Shown in pieces: positions 38,018-47,518 of a DNA stretch of 64,000 bases. Origin of the DNA: Bacillota bacterium. Its GTDB lineage: Bacteria; Bacillota; Dethiobacteria; DTU022. The stretch is from NCBI GenBank assembly GCA_033549065.1, contig JAWSUE010000012.1:5222-69221 (forward strand), given 5' to 3'. The notes under the pieces were generated by a model. The model did no database searches and was not told the origin of the DNA. It was given only the letters and a program-made list of their open reading frames with translations. A program made the position numbers and the translations under genes. The first letter of the stretch is position 1; each line of letters starts with the position of its first letter.

Positions 38018-39058
38018 ATGAAATTCAAGTTTTCCCTGGCGCTTCTAATATTAAGTGTTATAATGTTCACCCTGGTTGGCTGCGGCAGAGATAGCATCAA
38101 TGAAGATGCTGCAGGCGAACTGGTTATCTATTCATCCCGCAACGAAAATTTTGTTAACCCGCTTCTTGAGAAATTTGAAGCAGAAACAGGAATCAAGGTT
38201 CTGGCTCTGCACGCCGGCGGTGGTGTAGTAAGCAGGATAGTTGAAGAGGCTGGTAACCCCAGGGCTGATATTTTTATTTCAAATGATATCGGGGCTTTGG
38301 AATATCTGCGTATGGAAGGACTGCTGCAGGAGTTTGAGCCGGACGGAATCGATACGATTGATCAAAGGTACCGAGCTATAGATAATTCCTGGTTTGCCTT
38401 ATCGGCAAGAACAAGAGTTTTCATATATAACAAAGATCTGATTTCCGAAGAAGAAATGCCGAAAACAGTTTGGGAGCTTACCGACGAGCAGTGGAAAGGT
38501 CAGTTTGCTATCACCAGGGGAGGCAATTCAGGAATGATCGCCCATATCTCCGCCCTCCGTTATGAATGGGGTGATGAGCTGACGGCACAATGGATCTCAC
38601 AGGTTAAAGAAAATGCCGGGGCCATAATGGAAGGCCATGGCGATATCAGGCGTGCAGTCGGAGCAGGTGAATTCAGGTTCGGCTTGGTTAACAATTACTA
38701 TTACCACCAGCAGTTGAGAGAACCGACCAATAACAATGTGGGAGCAATCTATCCCGATCAGGCTGAAGGAGAAATGGGAGCGGTGATAAATGGCGCCGGC
38801 ATCGCTTTTATCAAAGGATCACCCAATCCGGATAACGCCAAAACTTTTATTAACTGGCTTCTCCTGCCCGAGAACCAGCGTGAGTTCTCCTATGCATCTT
38901 TGGAGGTGCCGATCAATCCGACCATCGAAGCAATTGATGAGGCGGCTGTCATTTCTGAATACCGGGTTCAGGAAATGCATTTAAGCATGCTGGGCGAATA
39001 TTTTCTTGATACAAAGGAACTGATCGAACGGGCCGGGCTTGATATCGAATTAAGATAA
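38018..39058 (+). CDS. ABC transporter substrate-binding protein (Fe(III)/thiamine/polyamine-type family 1 SBP)
   Basis: A lipoprotein-like signal (TLVGCG) and extracellular solute-binding family-1 similarity. Confidence 0.75.
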   Translation: MKFKFSLALLILSVIMFTLVGCGRDSINEDAAGELVIYSSRNENFVNPLLEKFEAETGIKVLALHAGGGVVSRIVEEAGNPRADIFISNDIGALEYLRMEGLLQEFEPDGIDTIDQRYRAIDNSWFALSARTRVFIYNKDLISEEEMPKTVWELTDEQWKGQFAITRGGNSGMIAHISALRYEWGDELTAQWISQVKENAGAIMEGHGDIRRAVGAGEFRFGLVNNYYYHQQLREPTNNNVGAIYPDQAEGEMGAVINGAGIAFIKGSPNPDNAKTFINWLLLPENQREFSYASLEVPINPTIEAIDEAAVISEYRVQEMHLSMLGEYFLDTKELIERAGLDIELR

Positions 39059-39099
39059 GCTATAACTCTTTTCGGTTGGTTGAAGGAGAATTATCTATA

Positions 39100-40656
39100 A
39101 TGTGGGAAAGACTTTGGAAAAATAATAAGCCTGATCCTCTGCTGGTCCTTTCAGGATTACTAACTGCTCTATTGATGGCGATGCCGGTCGTGATTGTAAT
39201 CTGGCGGGCTGTCATGGCCGGGACTGATCGGTGGGCGCGGCTGATCGATTCACGGATCCCACAATTACTGCAGAATACTTTACAGATTACCCTGGCGACT
39301 ACTTTTCTGGCAATTCTGCTTGGTGTATCCCTGGCCTGGTTGGTTTACCGTTGTGATCTGCCTGGTCGGAATATCTGGCAGTGGTTGCTCGCCCTGCCAC
39401 TAATGCTGCCGCCTTATGTAGGAGCAGTCTCATACATTATGGTTTTCGGGCCTAACGGTTGGATACAAGATCTTGCTGGTGAGTTACCCTTTAATATTTA
39501 CTCTTTTTGGGGCGTTTTACTGGTTATGACCCTTTTTAAATTTCCTTACGTCTTTCTTATTTCAGGTGCAGCGTTAAAGAGGATGAACCGCAGCTATGAA
39601 GATACAGCACGTTCTCTCGGGCTCGGTTCATGGGAAATTTTCCGGAAGGTTAATTTACCCTTTTTACGGCCGGCCATCGGTGCCGGTGCAATTTTAACCG
39701 CGCTTTGCGTATTATCTGAATTTGGTGTAATTGCGATAATGCGCTATAACACTTTTACATCGGCAATCTATTACCAGATGGAAAGCTTTGATCGCCTGTC
39801 GGCAACAGTGCTAAGCGTTATATTAATCATATTAACCCTGGGGTTTCTATGGTTGGAATCGATCTACAGAAAAAATCAAAAATATTACCAGACTTGTGGT
39901 ACTTTCCAACAGCCCGACTTGATCAGATTGGCTAAGTGGAAAGTGCCGGCTATGATCTGGGTCTTCTTGATATTTCTGCTTTCGGTGATAATTCCGGTGG
40001 GAGTTCTCATCTACTGGTCGGGATACGGAATTGCTCTCGGTGCGCTGGACAGCAATTTTTTCGGGTATACCCTGAACAGCATTAAGGTGGCCGGGATTGC
40101 TGCCCTGTTGAGCATGGCTCTTGCCCTTCCACTGGTTTATCTAAAATCCCGTCATCCGTCAGTACCGTCTGAGTTACTTAATAAAATCAGTTCAGCGGGA
40201 TATTCCCTGCCTGGAGTAATTGTTGCCCTGGGGCTTATCTTTATTTTTAATACCTATATCCCCTGGCTGTACAATACATTTTACCTGATCTCCATCGCTT
40301 ACCTGGTGCGCTTTCTGCCTCAGGCAATTCAATATGGGAATGCATCACTGAGCATGATTTCCCCCAGGATCGATGAAGCAGCCCGAAACCTGGGTTATCG
40401 TCCGCTCAAGGTTTTATTTAAAGTTATCTTGCCCCTGCTTTCGCCCGGACTCATGGCGGGAGGAGCACTTGTATTCGTCAGCGCCATAAAAGAACTTCCG
40501 GCAACCCTGCTTCTTCGACCTCCCGGATTTGATACACTGGCTGTCAGGGTCTGGGTTGAGGCGAGCGATGCAGTTTATCACATGGCTGCACCGGCAGCTC
40601 TCCTGGTTGTTCTCGTTTCCGTTATTCCTCTCAAGTTAATGCTAAGCCGATATTGA
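39100..40656 (+). CDS. ABC transporter permease with two fused transmembrane domains (FbpB/AfuB-like)
   Basis: Two tandem type-I permease domains, each with an EAA-like loop. I prefer the ATG at 39100, after GAAGGAG. Confidence 0.75.
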   Translation: MWERLWKNNKPDPLLVLSGLLTALLMAMPVVIVIWRAVMAGTDRWARLIDSRIPQLLQNTLQITLATTFLAILLGVSLAWLVYRCDLPGRNIWQWLLALPLMLPPYVGAVSYIMVFGPNGWIQDLAGELPFNIYSFWGVLLVMTLFKFPYVFLISGAALKRMNRSYEDTARSLGLGSWEIFRKVNLPFLRPAIGAGAILTALCVLSEFGVIAIMRYNTFTSAIYYQMESFDRLSATVLSVILIILTLGFLWLESIYRKNQKYYQTCGTFQQPDLIRLAKWKVPAMIWVFLIFLLSVIIPVGVLIYWSGYGIALGALDSNFFGYTLNSIKVAGIAALLSMALALPLVYLKSRHPSVPSELLNKISSAGYSLPGVIVALGLIFIFNTYIPWLYNTFYLISIAYLVRFLPQAIQYGNASLSMISPRIDEAARNLGYRPLKVLFKVILPLLSPGLMAGGALVFVSAIKELPATLLLRPPGFDTLAVRVWVEASDAVYHMAAPAALLVVLVSVIPLKLMLSRY

Positions 40657-40667
40657 GGTGATCTAAT

Positions 40668-41747
40668 ATGACACTTGTTATTGAACTTAAAAATGTTACT
40701 AAAACATATCCCGGTTGCCCGGAACCTGCTGTAAAAGATTTTTCCCTGAATGTGGAAGAGGGTTCGATTATAACTCTGCTGGGTCCCAGCGGGTGTGGAA
40801 AAACCACCCTGTTAAGAATTATTGCTGGTTTTGAGAAGCCGGAGAAGGGGTCCGTTTTCATTTCTGGCAATCAGGTCGCCGGAGATAATAACTGGGTTGC
40901 TCCGGAAAATCGCGGTGTAGGGATGGTATTTCAGGATTATGCGCTTTTTCCCCATTTAAAAGTATTTGACAATGTGGCTTTCGGTTACAGGGAGAAAGAT
41001 AAACATCAAAGAGTTCAGGAAGTATTATCACTTGTGTCGCTTCGTGGTTATGAAAGCCGTTACCCACACGAACTATCGGGAGGCCAGCAGCAGAGGGTAG
41101 CCCTGGCCAGAGCCCTGGCCCGAAAGCCGGCAGTGATACTCCTTGATGAGCCATTCAGCAACCTTGATGCAGAACTAAAAGATCAAATGCGCCTTGAACT
41201 AAAATCTATATTAAAAAAGACCGGGACTACAGCCGTATTTGTTTCTCATGACCAAAAAGATGCCCTGGCCATCTCTGATCAGATAGTGGTAATTAAAGAT
41301 GGAGAGATCCAGCAGGTTGGAACTCCGAAAGAAATTTACCAGTACCCGGAAAATACTTTTGTGGCTACATTTGTTGGAAGAAGCAACCTGCTGGAAGGAA
41401 TAATGGCCGATGATGCCTGCTCCGTTCAGACTGATATCGGGAAGTTTCCCTGTTTACATACTCATGGCCACCTGCCCGGTGAAAAGGTTTGTCTATCAAT
41501 CAGGCCGGACGGACTTGAAATGTCTGACAATGGTTCGCTTTCTGGCACAATAATAGAGTTGGCTTATACCGGGGATGCCTATGATGCTGTTATTTCAGTT
41601 GAATCTTCTGGACAGGTCCATCATTTAATGGCTCATATACATCCGGAAGAAGATGTCAGAATCGGTACCAAAATTAATTTTATGATTATCCCTGAATTTG
41701 TTGCTGTGGTCGGTAACGGGCAGGGTGCATATAAAGAAAACAGGTAG
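40668..41747 (+). CDS. ABC transporter ATP-binding protein with C-terminal TOBE domain (FbpC/PotA-like)
   Basis: Walker A GPSGCGKTT, signature LSGGQQQRV, Walker B ILLDEP and a C-terminal TOBE domain. Confidence 0.85.
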   Translation: MTLVIELKNVTKTYPGCPEPAVKDFSLNVEEGSIITLLGPSGCGKTTLLRIIAGFEKPEKGSVFISGNQVAGDNNWVAPENRGVGMVFQDYALFPHLKVFDNVAFGYREKDKHQRVQEVLSLVSLRGYESRYPHELSGGQQQRVALARALARKPAVILLDEPFSNLDAELKDQMRLELKSILKKTGTTAVFVSHDQKDALAISDQIVVIKDGEIQQVGTPKEIYQYPENTFVATFVGRSNLLEGIMADDACSVQTDIGKFPCLHTHGHLPGEKVCLSIRPDGLEMSDNGSLSGTIIELAYTGDAYDAVISVESSGQVHHLMAHIHPEEDVRIGTKINFMIIPEFVAVVGNGQGAYKENR

Positions 41748-41842
41748 CTTGTATGGTTAAAAAAACAATGATAAAATGTAAAAAGCTATGCTGAAGAACA
41801 ATTTGTAAGACAGTTACATTAAAGTCCGTTCAGAGGTCAATA

Positions 41843-42736
41843 ATGGCAAAATTGTCCCTGGTCCGGTTGGCCGGAAATACCTACTATATTCCATCACCCA
41901 CAAACGTTGGCGTTTACATCAATGGCAATTCTGCTATTCTGATCGACAGTGGAAATGACAAGGAAGCGGGCAGGCAGATCTTACGTTTGTTTGAGGAAGC
42001 AGGCTGGCCGTTGGAGATGATTGTTAACACCCACTCAAATGCCGATCATATCGGGGGTAACAACTTTCTCCAGGAAAAAACAGGTTGCCAGATTGCTGCA
42101 ACAAGGATCGAATCAGCTTTTATCAACGATCCGATTCTGGAAATTTCCATGCTTTATGGTGGGTTTCCCTATAAAGCGCTTGATAATAAATTCTTAAGAG
42201 CCAGGTCTTCAAAAGTTACTTCGGTCATCGCTGCAGCAGGGAAAATTCTTGATACAGGGCTTGAAGCAATTCCCCTCCCGGGGCATTTTTTTGATATGAT
42301 CGGGATATTAACTCCTGATAATGTTTTTTTTATTGCAGATAGTCTTTTCCCGGAGAATATAATCAATAAATATCACTTTTTCTTCCTTTTTGACCTGCAG
42401 GCCCAATTTGATACTCTTGAGAGGCTAACGACCATCAGAGCTGACCTGTTTGTTCCCGGCCACGGTAGAGTAATGGACTCTCTTGATGCGCTGATCGGGA
42501 TCAACAGGAAAAAAATAGATGAAATTCTCAACCTGATTCTTGATTGCTGTGAAAAACCTTCCAGGGTCGATCAAATTATGGCTGAACTCTGTAAAAAATA
42601 TAACCTGGATATGAATCCTGCCCAGCATGTCCTGGTGGGCAGCACATTGAAATCTTATCTCTCCTTTTTGCATGCTGAAGAAAAATTATCATACAGTTTT
42701 TCGGATGGAGCAATTCTCTGGCAATCTGTAAGGTAG
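41843..42736 (+). CDS. MBL-fold metallo-hydrolase
   Basis: The HxHxDH motif (NTHSNADHIGG). Confidence 0.8.
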   Translation: MAKLSLVRLAGNTYYIPSPTNVGVYINGNSAILIDSGNDKEAGRQILRLFEEAGWPLEMIVNTHSNADHIGGNNFLQEKTGCQIAATRIESAFINDPILEISMLYGGFPYKALDNKFLRARSSKVTSVIAAAGKILDTGLEAIPLPGHFFDMIGILTPDNVFFIADSLFPENIINKYHFFFLFDLQAQFDTLERLTTIRADLFVPGHGRVMDSLDALIGINRKKIDEILNLILDCCEKPSRVDQIMAELCKKYNLDMNPAQHVLVGSTLKSYLSFLHAEEKLSYSFSDGAILWQSVR

Positions 42737-42865
42737 TGTTGCACTGATTAAATATTGTTCATCTGAAAGAGTGCCCAACGGGAAGGATCTGAGAATCCTT
42801 CTCGATTTATCTGTACATTTGGCAGTATCAGTTTTGGTTGGAACAAGCATGAGGAAAGGCAAAAA

Positions 42866-44281
42866 ATGTCCGATAAAAAGAATACATATTTAAATGAACC
42901 GGCGCTGGTCGGAGGAAGTAGTAACTTCAAGCCGGTTGCCAGTATCCTTATCCTGGCCTGGCCGGTTATTATCGAAATGGGGCTGCATACCTTTGTCTGG
43001 ATTTTTGATACTGCCATGGTTATGCGTCTTGGTGCTCATGAAGCAACTGCCGTCGAGTATGGCGCCATAGTTCTTTTCAACTCTTTAATGGTTTTAGGCG
43101 CTCTCGGTATCGGCGCCAATGCCCTGGTTGCCCGTTACACAGGGGCAAACGATATGAACCGTGCTGCTCTTGTCGGTGGGCAGGCGCTGTCGGTAAGCCT
43201 GCTGATAACCGCAATCTTTACCGTGATCAGTCTACTCTTTTACAATGCCTTTTTCGGTTGGGTTATCCAGGATCCTGTAACGGTTGGGCTGGCGAAGGAA
43301 TATTTTTATTATGCCCTGACAAGCGGTGGGTATGCCCTGCTGCCGCTTGTCGTGGCCAGTGGAATAATCAGGGGTATAGGGAATACCCGGGTTCCGATGA
43401 TTATCGCCCTCATATTTAACTTATATAACGTGATTGGTGACTATCTGCTGATTTTCGGCAACTTTGGATTTCCGGCTCTGGGAGTTAAGGGAGCGGCTCT
43501 GGCAACCGGTTCGGCTCAGCTTATCGGACTTGCCCTGTCACTGGGATATCTGCTTTTTCATAAAGGAATACTACCTTTTTCGCTGCGCTCATTATTCCCA
43601 TGGGACTTGGATGCGTTAAAGCAGGTCCTTAAACTCAGTATTCCTGCCGGTGCCGAGGAATTGACCCACAGCGGCAGTAGGATGCTTTCGGCAAGCTGGA
43701 TCATTTTTCTCGGACCCGTCGCCTTTGCGGCCAATGCAGCGGCTATTGCTGCCGAGGCTTTTTCTTTTATGCCCGGACATGCCTTCGCCATAGCGGCAAC
43801 AACCCTGGTTGGTCAGCGATTGGGAGCCGGATTTATAAAACAGGCCAGGGAGACCGGCTACTGGGCAGTAGCTTTGGGGACAATTTTGATGAGCCTTTTC
43901 GGCTTGATTTTCTTCTTTTTCCCTTACCTGGTGATGAGCCTCTTTGATCCACCCGATCCTGAAGTATTGCGCCTTGGGGTGCTTTGTCTGCAGATAGCAG
44001 CTGTTGAGCAACCATTTATTGCTTTAACCATGGTTTTTTCGGGAGCGCTGAAAGGAACCGGTGACACAAAAGGGCCATTTAAAATTGGCCTCTATACTAA
44101 TCTATTTATCCGGCTGCCCTTGATCTACGCCGTTGTATTCATTTTTAATCTGGAGATCTATTATATCTGGTGGATAACAGCCATCCAATTTGCCGTCAGC
44201 GCTCTATTGCTCTATATACGCTATCGCAAGAAAGACTGGAATGCTCTCGAACCGATTCCGACCCTGGAAAACATAGGATAG
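42866..44281 (+). CDS. MATE family efflux transporter
   Basis: A 12-TM profile with MATE/NorM-type repeats. Confidence 0.85.
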   Translation: MSDKKNTYLNEPALVGGSSNFKPVASILILAWPVIIEMGLHTFVWIFDTAMVMRLGAHEATAVEYGAIVLFNSLMVLGALGIGANALVARYTGANDMNRAALVGGQALSVSLLITAIFTVISLLFYNAFFGWVIQDPVTVGLAKEYFYYALTSGGYALLPLVVASGIIRGIGNTRVPMIIALIFNLYNVIGDYLLIFGNFGFPALGVKGAALATGSAQLIGLALSLGYLLFHKGILPFSLRSLFPWDLDALKQVLKLSIPAGAEELTHSGSRMLSASWIIFLGPVAFAANAAAIAAEAFSFMPGHAFAIAATTLVGQRLGAGFIKQARETGYWAVALGTILMSLFGLIFFFFPYLVMSLFDPPDPEVLRLGVLCLQIAAVEQPFIALTMVFSGALKGTGDTKGPFKIGLYTNLFIRLPLIYAVVFIFNLEIYYIWWITAIQFAVSALLLYIRYRKKDWNALEPIPTLENIG

Positions 44282-44301
44282 GCTAAAAGGAGGAACTGAA
44301 C

Positions 44302-46017
44302 ATTAAAAAAGTAGTAAATAACACAGCAGTATACGAAGAAGATTGGTGGAAGAGGGCAGTTTTTTACCAGATCTATCCCCGCAGTTTCCAGGATAGCAAC
44401 AACGATGGTATTGGAGATCTTCAGGGGATTATCTCCAGGCTTGATTATCTGAATGACGGTACTCCGAATTCACTGGGTATCGATGCTATATGGTTCAGCC
44501 CTTTTTTTACCAGCCCTGATTTTGATTACGGTTACGATGTTGCCGATTACCGTGACATTGATCCGCGATATGGGACCCTGCAGGATTTCGACCTGCTTCT
44601 TTATGAGGCACATAGAAGAGGGATCAGAATTTTGCTGGACCTGGTTGTCAACCACACATCACATCTACACCCCTGGTTTGTAGAATCCCGTTCTTCCAGG
44701 AGCAATCCAAAAAGGCAATGGTATATATGGAAAGATGGCCGAGGCCCCGGTAACAGGGTGCCGAATAACTGGCGTAACAATTTTTTCGGACCGGCCTGGA
44801 CCTTCGATGAAGAAACAGGACAATATTACCTGCATTCATTTTTAAAGGAACAGCCAGATCTGAACTGGGATAACCCGGAGGTTCGCGAAGCTATAGCCGA
44901 TGTTATAAGATTTTGGCTTGACCGTGGTGTTGACGGATTCAGGCTTGATGTGCCCCATATCTATTGCAAGGACAAGTATTTCCGGAACAATCCTCCATTT
45001 TATGCCTGCGAGCGCTCTAAAACGAGTGTTCCTTTGAGTGATCGTCTTTTGATGTCAAACATCATGAAACTGTTGTCGCTGCCGGAACTGCAAAAACGAA
45101 AATATAACCAACACCAACCGGAGACTCACGAGGTGCTCAAAGGCTTTCGAAGTGTATTTAATTCATATTCCGGTATAACCAGTGTGGGTGAGGTAATCAC
45201 TGATGATCCCAGTCAATTGGTTTCGTATTACGGAAGAGGTAACGATGAACTGCATATGAATTTTTATTTTGAATTACTGCACTGCCGGTGGACAGCCGGG
45301 GCATTTAAAAGGTGTGTTGATCGATGGGAAGCTTCACTTCCGCCAGAGGCCTGGCCCGCCTATGCTTTCAGCAATCATGATGTAATTAGGACAGCCAGCC
45401 GTTATGATCGGGGTGGAAAGGGCTGGAAAAGGGCCCGCATGCTGGTGTTGATGCTGATGACCTTCAGGGGCTCGCCATTTATTTATTACGGTGAAGAAAT
45501 TGCGATGAAAGAAGTGAGACTGCCCAGAGAAGATTTACGTGATCCCATCGGAGTCAGATGGTTTCCCTTTCATCGCGGGCGGGATGGCTGCCGGACACCA
45601 ATGCTGTGGGATAATGGACCGAACGGTGGTTTTTCCAAGCAACAGCCATGGCTGCCGGTCAGTCCGGAAGCCGACACATTAAATGTATCTGCCCAGGAAA
45701 GCGATCCTGATTCGCATCTTAACTTCTTCAAACAGTTAATCTGGCTTCGTAAAGGCTTGCCTGCCCTGTTGGGTGGCAGATATGAAAGTTTAACAGAAGG
45801 TATTCCCGGGGAAATATATGCCTATCTTCGAAAACATGAAAAGCAAAACCTACTGATAGCGCTTAACTTTTCTTCCAGAAAGCAGGAATTTGTTCTGTCG
45901 AAGAGTAAGGGAATAAAACAACTGATTATTTCCACTGATCCTGATCGCAAAGAAATCGGCCGGGCCGGCTCGATAACTCTCGAACCGGAAGAAGGTATAT
46001 TAGTCGACCTTAATTAA
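44302..46017 (+). CDS. glycoside hydrolase family 13 alpha-glucosidase (oligo-1,6-glucosidase / trehalose-6-phosphate hydrolase-like); apparent non-canonical ATT start
   Basis: The frame is open from 44287 and encodes the GH13 N-terminus (WWKRAVFYQIYPRSF, region I DLVVNH). There is no ATG/GTG/TTG before 44632; an ATT at 44302 sits 8 nt after AAAGGAGG. Confidence 0.6.
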   Translation: MKKVVNNTAVYEEDWWKRAVFYQIYPRSFQDSNNDGIGDLQGIISRLDYLNDGTPNSLGIDAIWFSPFFTSPDFDYGYDVADYRDIDPRYGTLQDFDLLLYEAHRRGIRILLDLVVNHTSHLHPWFVESRSSRSNPKRQWYIWKDGRGPGNRVPNNWRNNFFGPAWTFDEETGQYYLHSFLKEQPDLNWDNPEVREAIADVIRFWLDRGVDGFRLDVPHIYCKDKYFRNNPPFYACERSKTSVPLSDRLLMSNIMKLLSLPELQKRKYNQHQPETHEVLKGFRSVFNSYSGITSVGEVITDDPSQLVSYYGRGNDELHMNFYFELLHCRWTAGAFKRCVDRWEASLPPEAWPAYAFSNHDVIRTASRYDRGGKGWKRARMLVLMLMTFRGSPFIYYGEEIAMKEVRLPREDLRDPIGVRWFPFHRGRDGCRTPMLWDNGPNGGFSKQQPWLPVSPEADTLNVSAQESDPDSHLNFFKQLIWLRKGLPALLGGRYESLTEGIPGEIYAYLRKHEKQNLLIALNFSSRKQEFVLSKSKGIKQLIISTDPDRKEIGRAGSITLEPEEGILVDLN

Positions 46018-46047
46018 TCGACAAATCTGATGATAAGGAGAACCGCA

Positions 46048-46560
46048 GTGGATCTGAAGAAGTTTAGTCGTGAAGAACTGGAGCAGTTGTTGAGTGATTT
46101 TGCAAAGAGGTGGTTGGCTCATGATGGGCTTTGGTTCCAGCAGGTCGAAAAAGCTCATGGTATGGATGAAGCTATCAGACTGGATATTGGAGCCTGGGAA
46201 CGTTTTACGGTAATTGAAGCTGAAAGAATTATGGCCTTTCTCGGGATTGGGAAGGGAGGGGGCTTGTCTGCCTTGAAGAAAGCACTTCAGTTGAGACTTT
46301 ATGCGTTTATAAACATACAGGAAATCTCTGAGCCGGATGAAAGTACAATTATTTTTAAAATGGTGGACTGCAGGGTTCAATCAGCCCGGAGACGTAAACA
46401 GCTCCCCGAATTTCCCTGCCGCCCGGTGGGGCTTGTTGAGTACAGCGGTTTTGCAAAAACCATTGATCCCCGGATTGAAACCAGGTGCCTGCACTGCCCC
46501 CCGGATGAACATCCCGAAGATAGTTTCTGCGCCTGGGAATTTACTTTAAATGAAGAATAA
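46048..46560 (+). CDS. hypothetical protein (DUF-type, Cys-rich C-terminus)
   Basis: The GTG at 46048 has an AAGGAG SD 7 nt upstream. No confident family assignment. Confidence 0.4.
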   Translation: MDLKKFSREELEQLLSDFAKRWLAHDGLWFQQVEKAHGMDEAIRLDIGAWERFTVIEAERIMAFLGIGKGGGLSALKKALQLRLYAFINIQEISEPDESTIIFKMVDCRVQSARRRKQLPEFPCRPVGLVEYSGFAKTIDPRIETRCLHCPPDEHPEDSFCAWEFTLNEE

Positions 46561-46563
46561 GTG

Positions 46564-46597
46564 TTGATTTATTCTAATATTATGATATAATCATAAT
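46564..46597 (+). promoter_or_regulatory. sigma-70 promoter (TTGATT-N16-TATAAT) overlapped by an 8-3-8 inverted repeat ATTATGAT-ATA-ATCATAAT, the putative ArsR-family operator
   Basis: The consensus -10 element is embedded in a near-perfect palindrome immediately upstream of the arsR-like gene. Confidence 0.5.
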
Positions 46598-46618
46598 ATG
46601 TGCAAAGGAGGTCTCCTG

Positions 46619-46912
46619 ATGGATATAACAGCAGAAATGTCTTTGATAAAAGAAAAGGCAAATTTATTGAAGGCACTTTCCAATCCTGTCCGACTCTGTA
46701 TAGTAAAGGAATTATTACACAGAGATACATGCAATGTTTCCAACATGCAAAATTGTATGCAGTTGTCGCAATCAACAGTATCTCAGCACCTGGGAAGGCT
46801 TAGAGATCTTGGTATTGTAGTGGGGGATCGGCGGGGAACAGAAGTATTTTACAGTGTGGCAAGTGAAGAAGCTGCTGCTGTTATCAGGGCTCTTTTCAAT
46901 ATATCAGAATAG
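46619..46912 (+). CDS. ArsR/SmtB family transcriptional regulator
   Basis: A winged HTH (SVSQHLGRLRDLGIV) with metal-sensing-type Cys residues. An AAGGAGG SD lies 7 nt upstream of the ATG at 46619. Confidence 0.8.
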   Translation: MDITAEMSLIKEKANLLKALSNPVRLCIVKELLHRDTCNVSNMQNCMQLSQSTVSQHLGRLRDLGIVVGDRRGTEVFYSVASEEAAAVIRALFNISE

Positions 46913-46926
46913 AGGAGGTTTTATCC

Positions 46927-47241
46927 ATGTTCACTGTAACGGATAAAGCAAAAGAAAAATTTGTTGAGTTTTTAAACGAAGAAGGCAAGAAAGATGCCTA
47001 TGTTCGCATCTATATAAGCGGTGTTGGCTGAGGCGGACCTAGGTACGGCCTGACTCTGGATGAGTCGGTTCAGGAAGAAAAAGATCTAGTTCATGAAACA
47101 GAAGAAGTTAAGTTTGTTTTTGAAAACGGAATTTCTGATTTCCTCAGTGGGAAATTGATCGACTATCATGATGGTCCACGAGGCGGTTTTTCTGTTACTG
47201 ATGGCAGCGGGCAAAGCGGATGTGGAGATTGCAGCTGCTAA
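46927..47241 (+). CDS. HesB/IscA-like selenoprotein (in-frame TGA at 47029..47031 read as selenocysteine)
   Basis: GGAGG is followed 8 nt later by an ATG. The product MFTVTDKAKEKFVEFLNEEGKKDAYVRIYISGVG-U-GGPRYGL...GQSGCGDCSC carries Sec at the position of the first conserved Cys of IscA/HesB proteins. A GACUC-UGGAU-GAGUC hairpin lies about 20 nt after the UGA. A selC gene is present in the window. Confidence 0.7.
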
Positions 47242-47267
47242 ATATTCAACTGGAGGTAATGTAAGTT

Positions 47268-47390
47268 ATGGCTACTGCAGTTGGCGAGGTATATAAGTGT
47301 CAGGTATGCACCAATGTCGTAAAGGTTCTGGAAGATGGGGTAGGTACCCTGGTTTGTTGTGATGAGCCGATGGAATTGGTAGAAGAGTAG
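47268..47390 (+). CDS. desulforedoxin (Fe(Cys)4 rubredoxin-like protein)
   Basis: A 40-aa ORF (MATAVGEVYKCQVCTNVVKVLEDGVGTLVCCDEPMELVEE) that is near-colinear with the classical desulforedoxin CxxC...CC motif. A GGAGG SD is present. Confidence 0.75.
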   Translation: MATAVGEVYKCQVCTNVVKVLEDGVGTLVCCDEPMELVEE

Positions 47391-47425
47391 TCTTCAATAA
47401 GCATAAATTGATCTTTTAACTAATT

Positions 47426-47467
47426 GAGCCGGAGCTTTTTGAACAAAGTCCCGGCTCACTCTTTTTT
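47426..47467 (+). terminator. rho-independent terminator of the arsR-selenoprotein-desulforedoxin operon
   Basis: A GAGCCGG...CCGGCTC hairpin is followed by ACTCTTTTTT. Confidence 0.6.
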
Positions 47468-47518
47468 AAATCGTTAAAATCACAGAATTAAAGACTGATC
47501 TTAAAGGTTTAAAACTGG

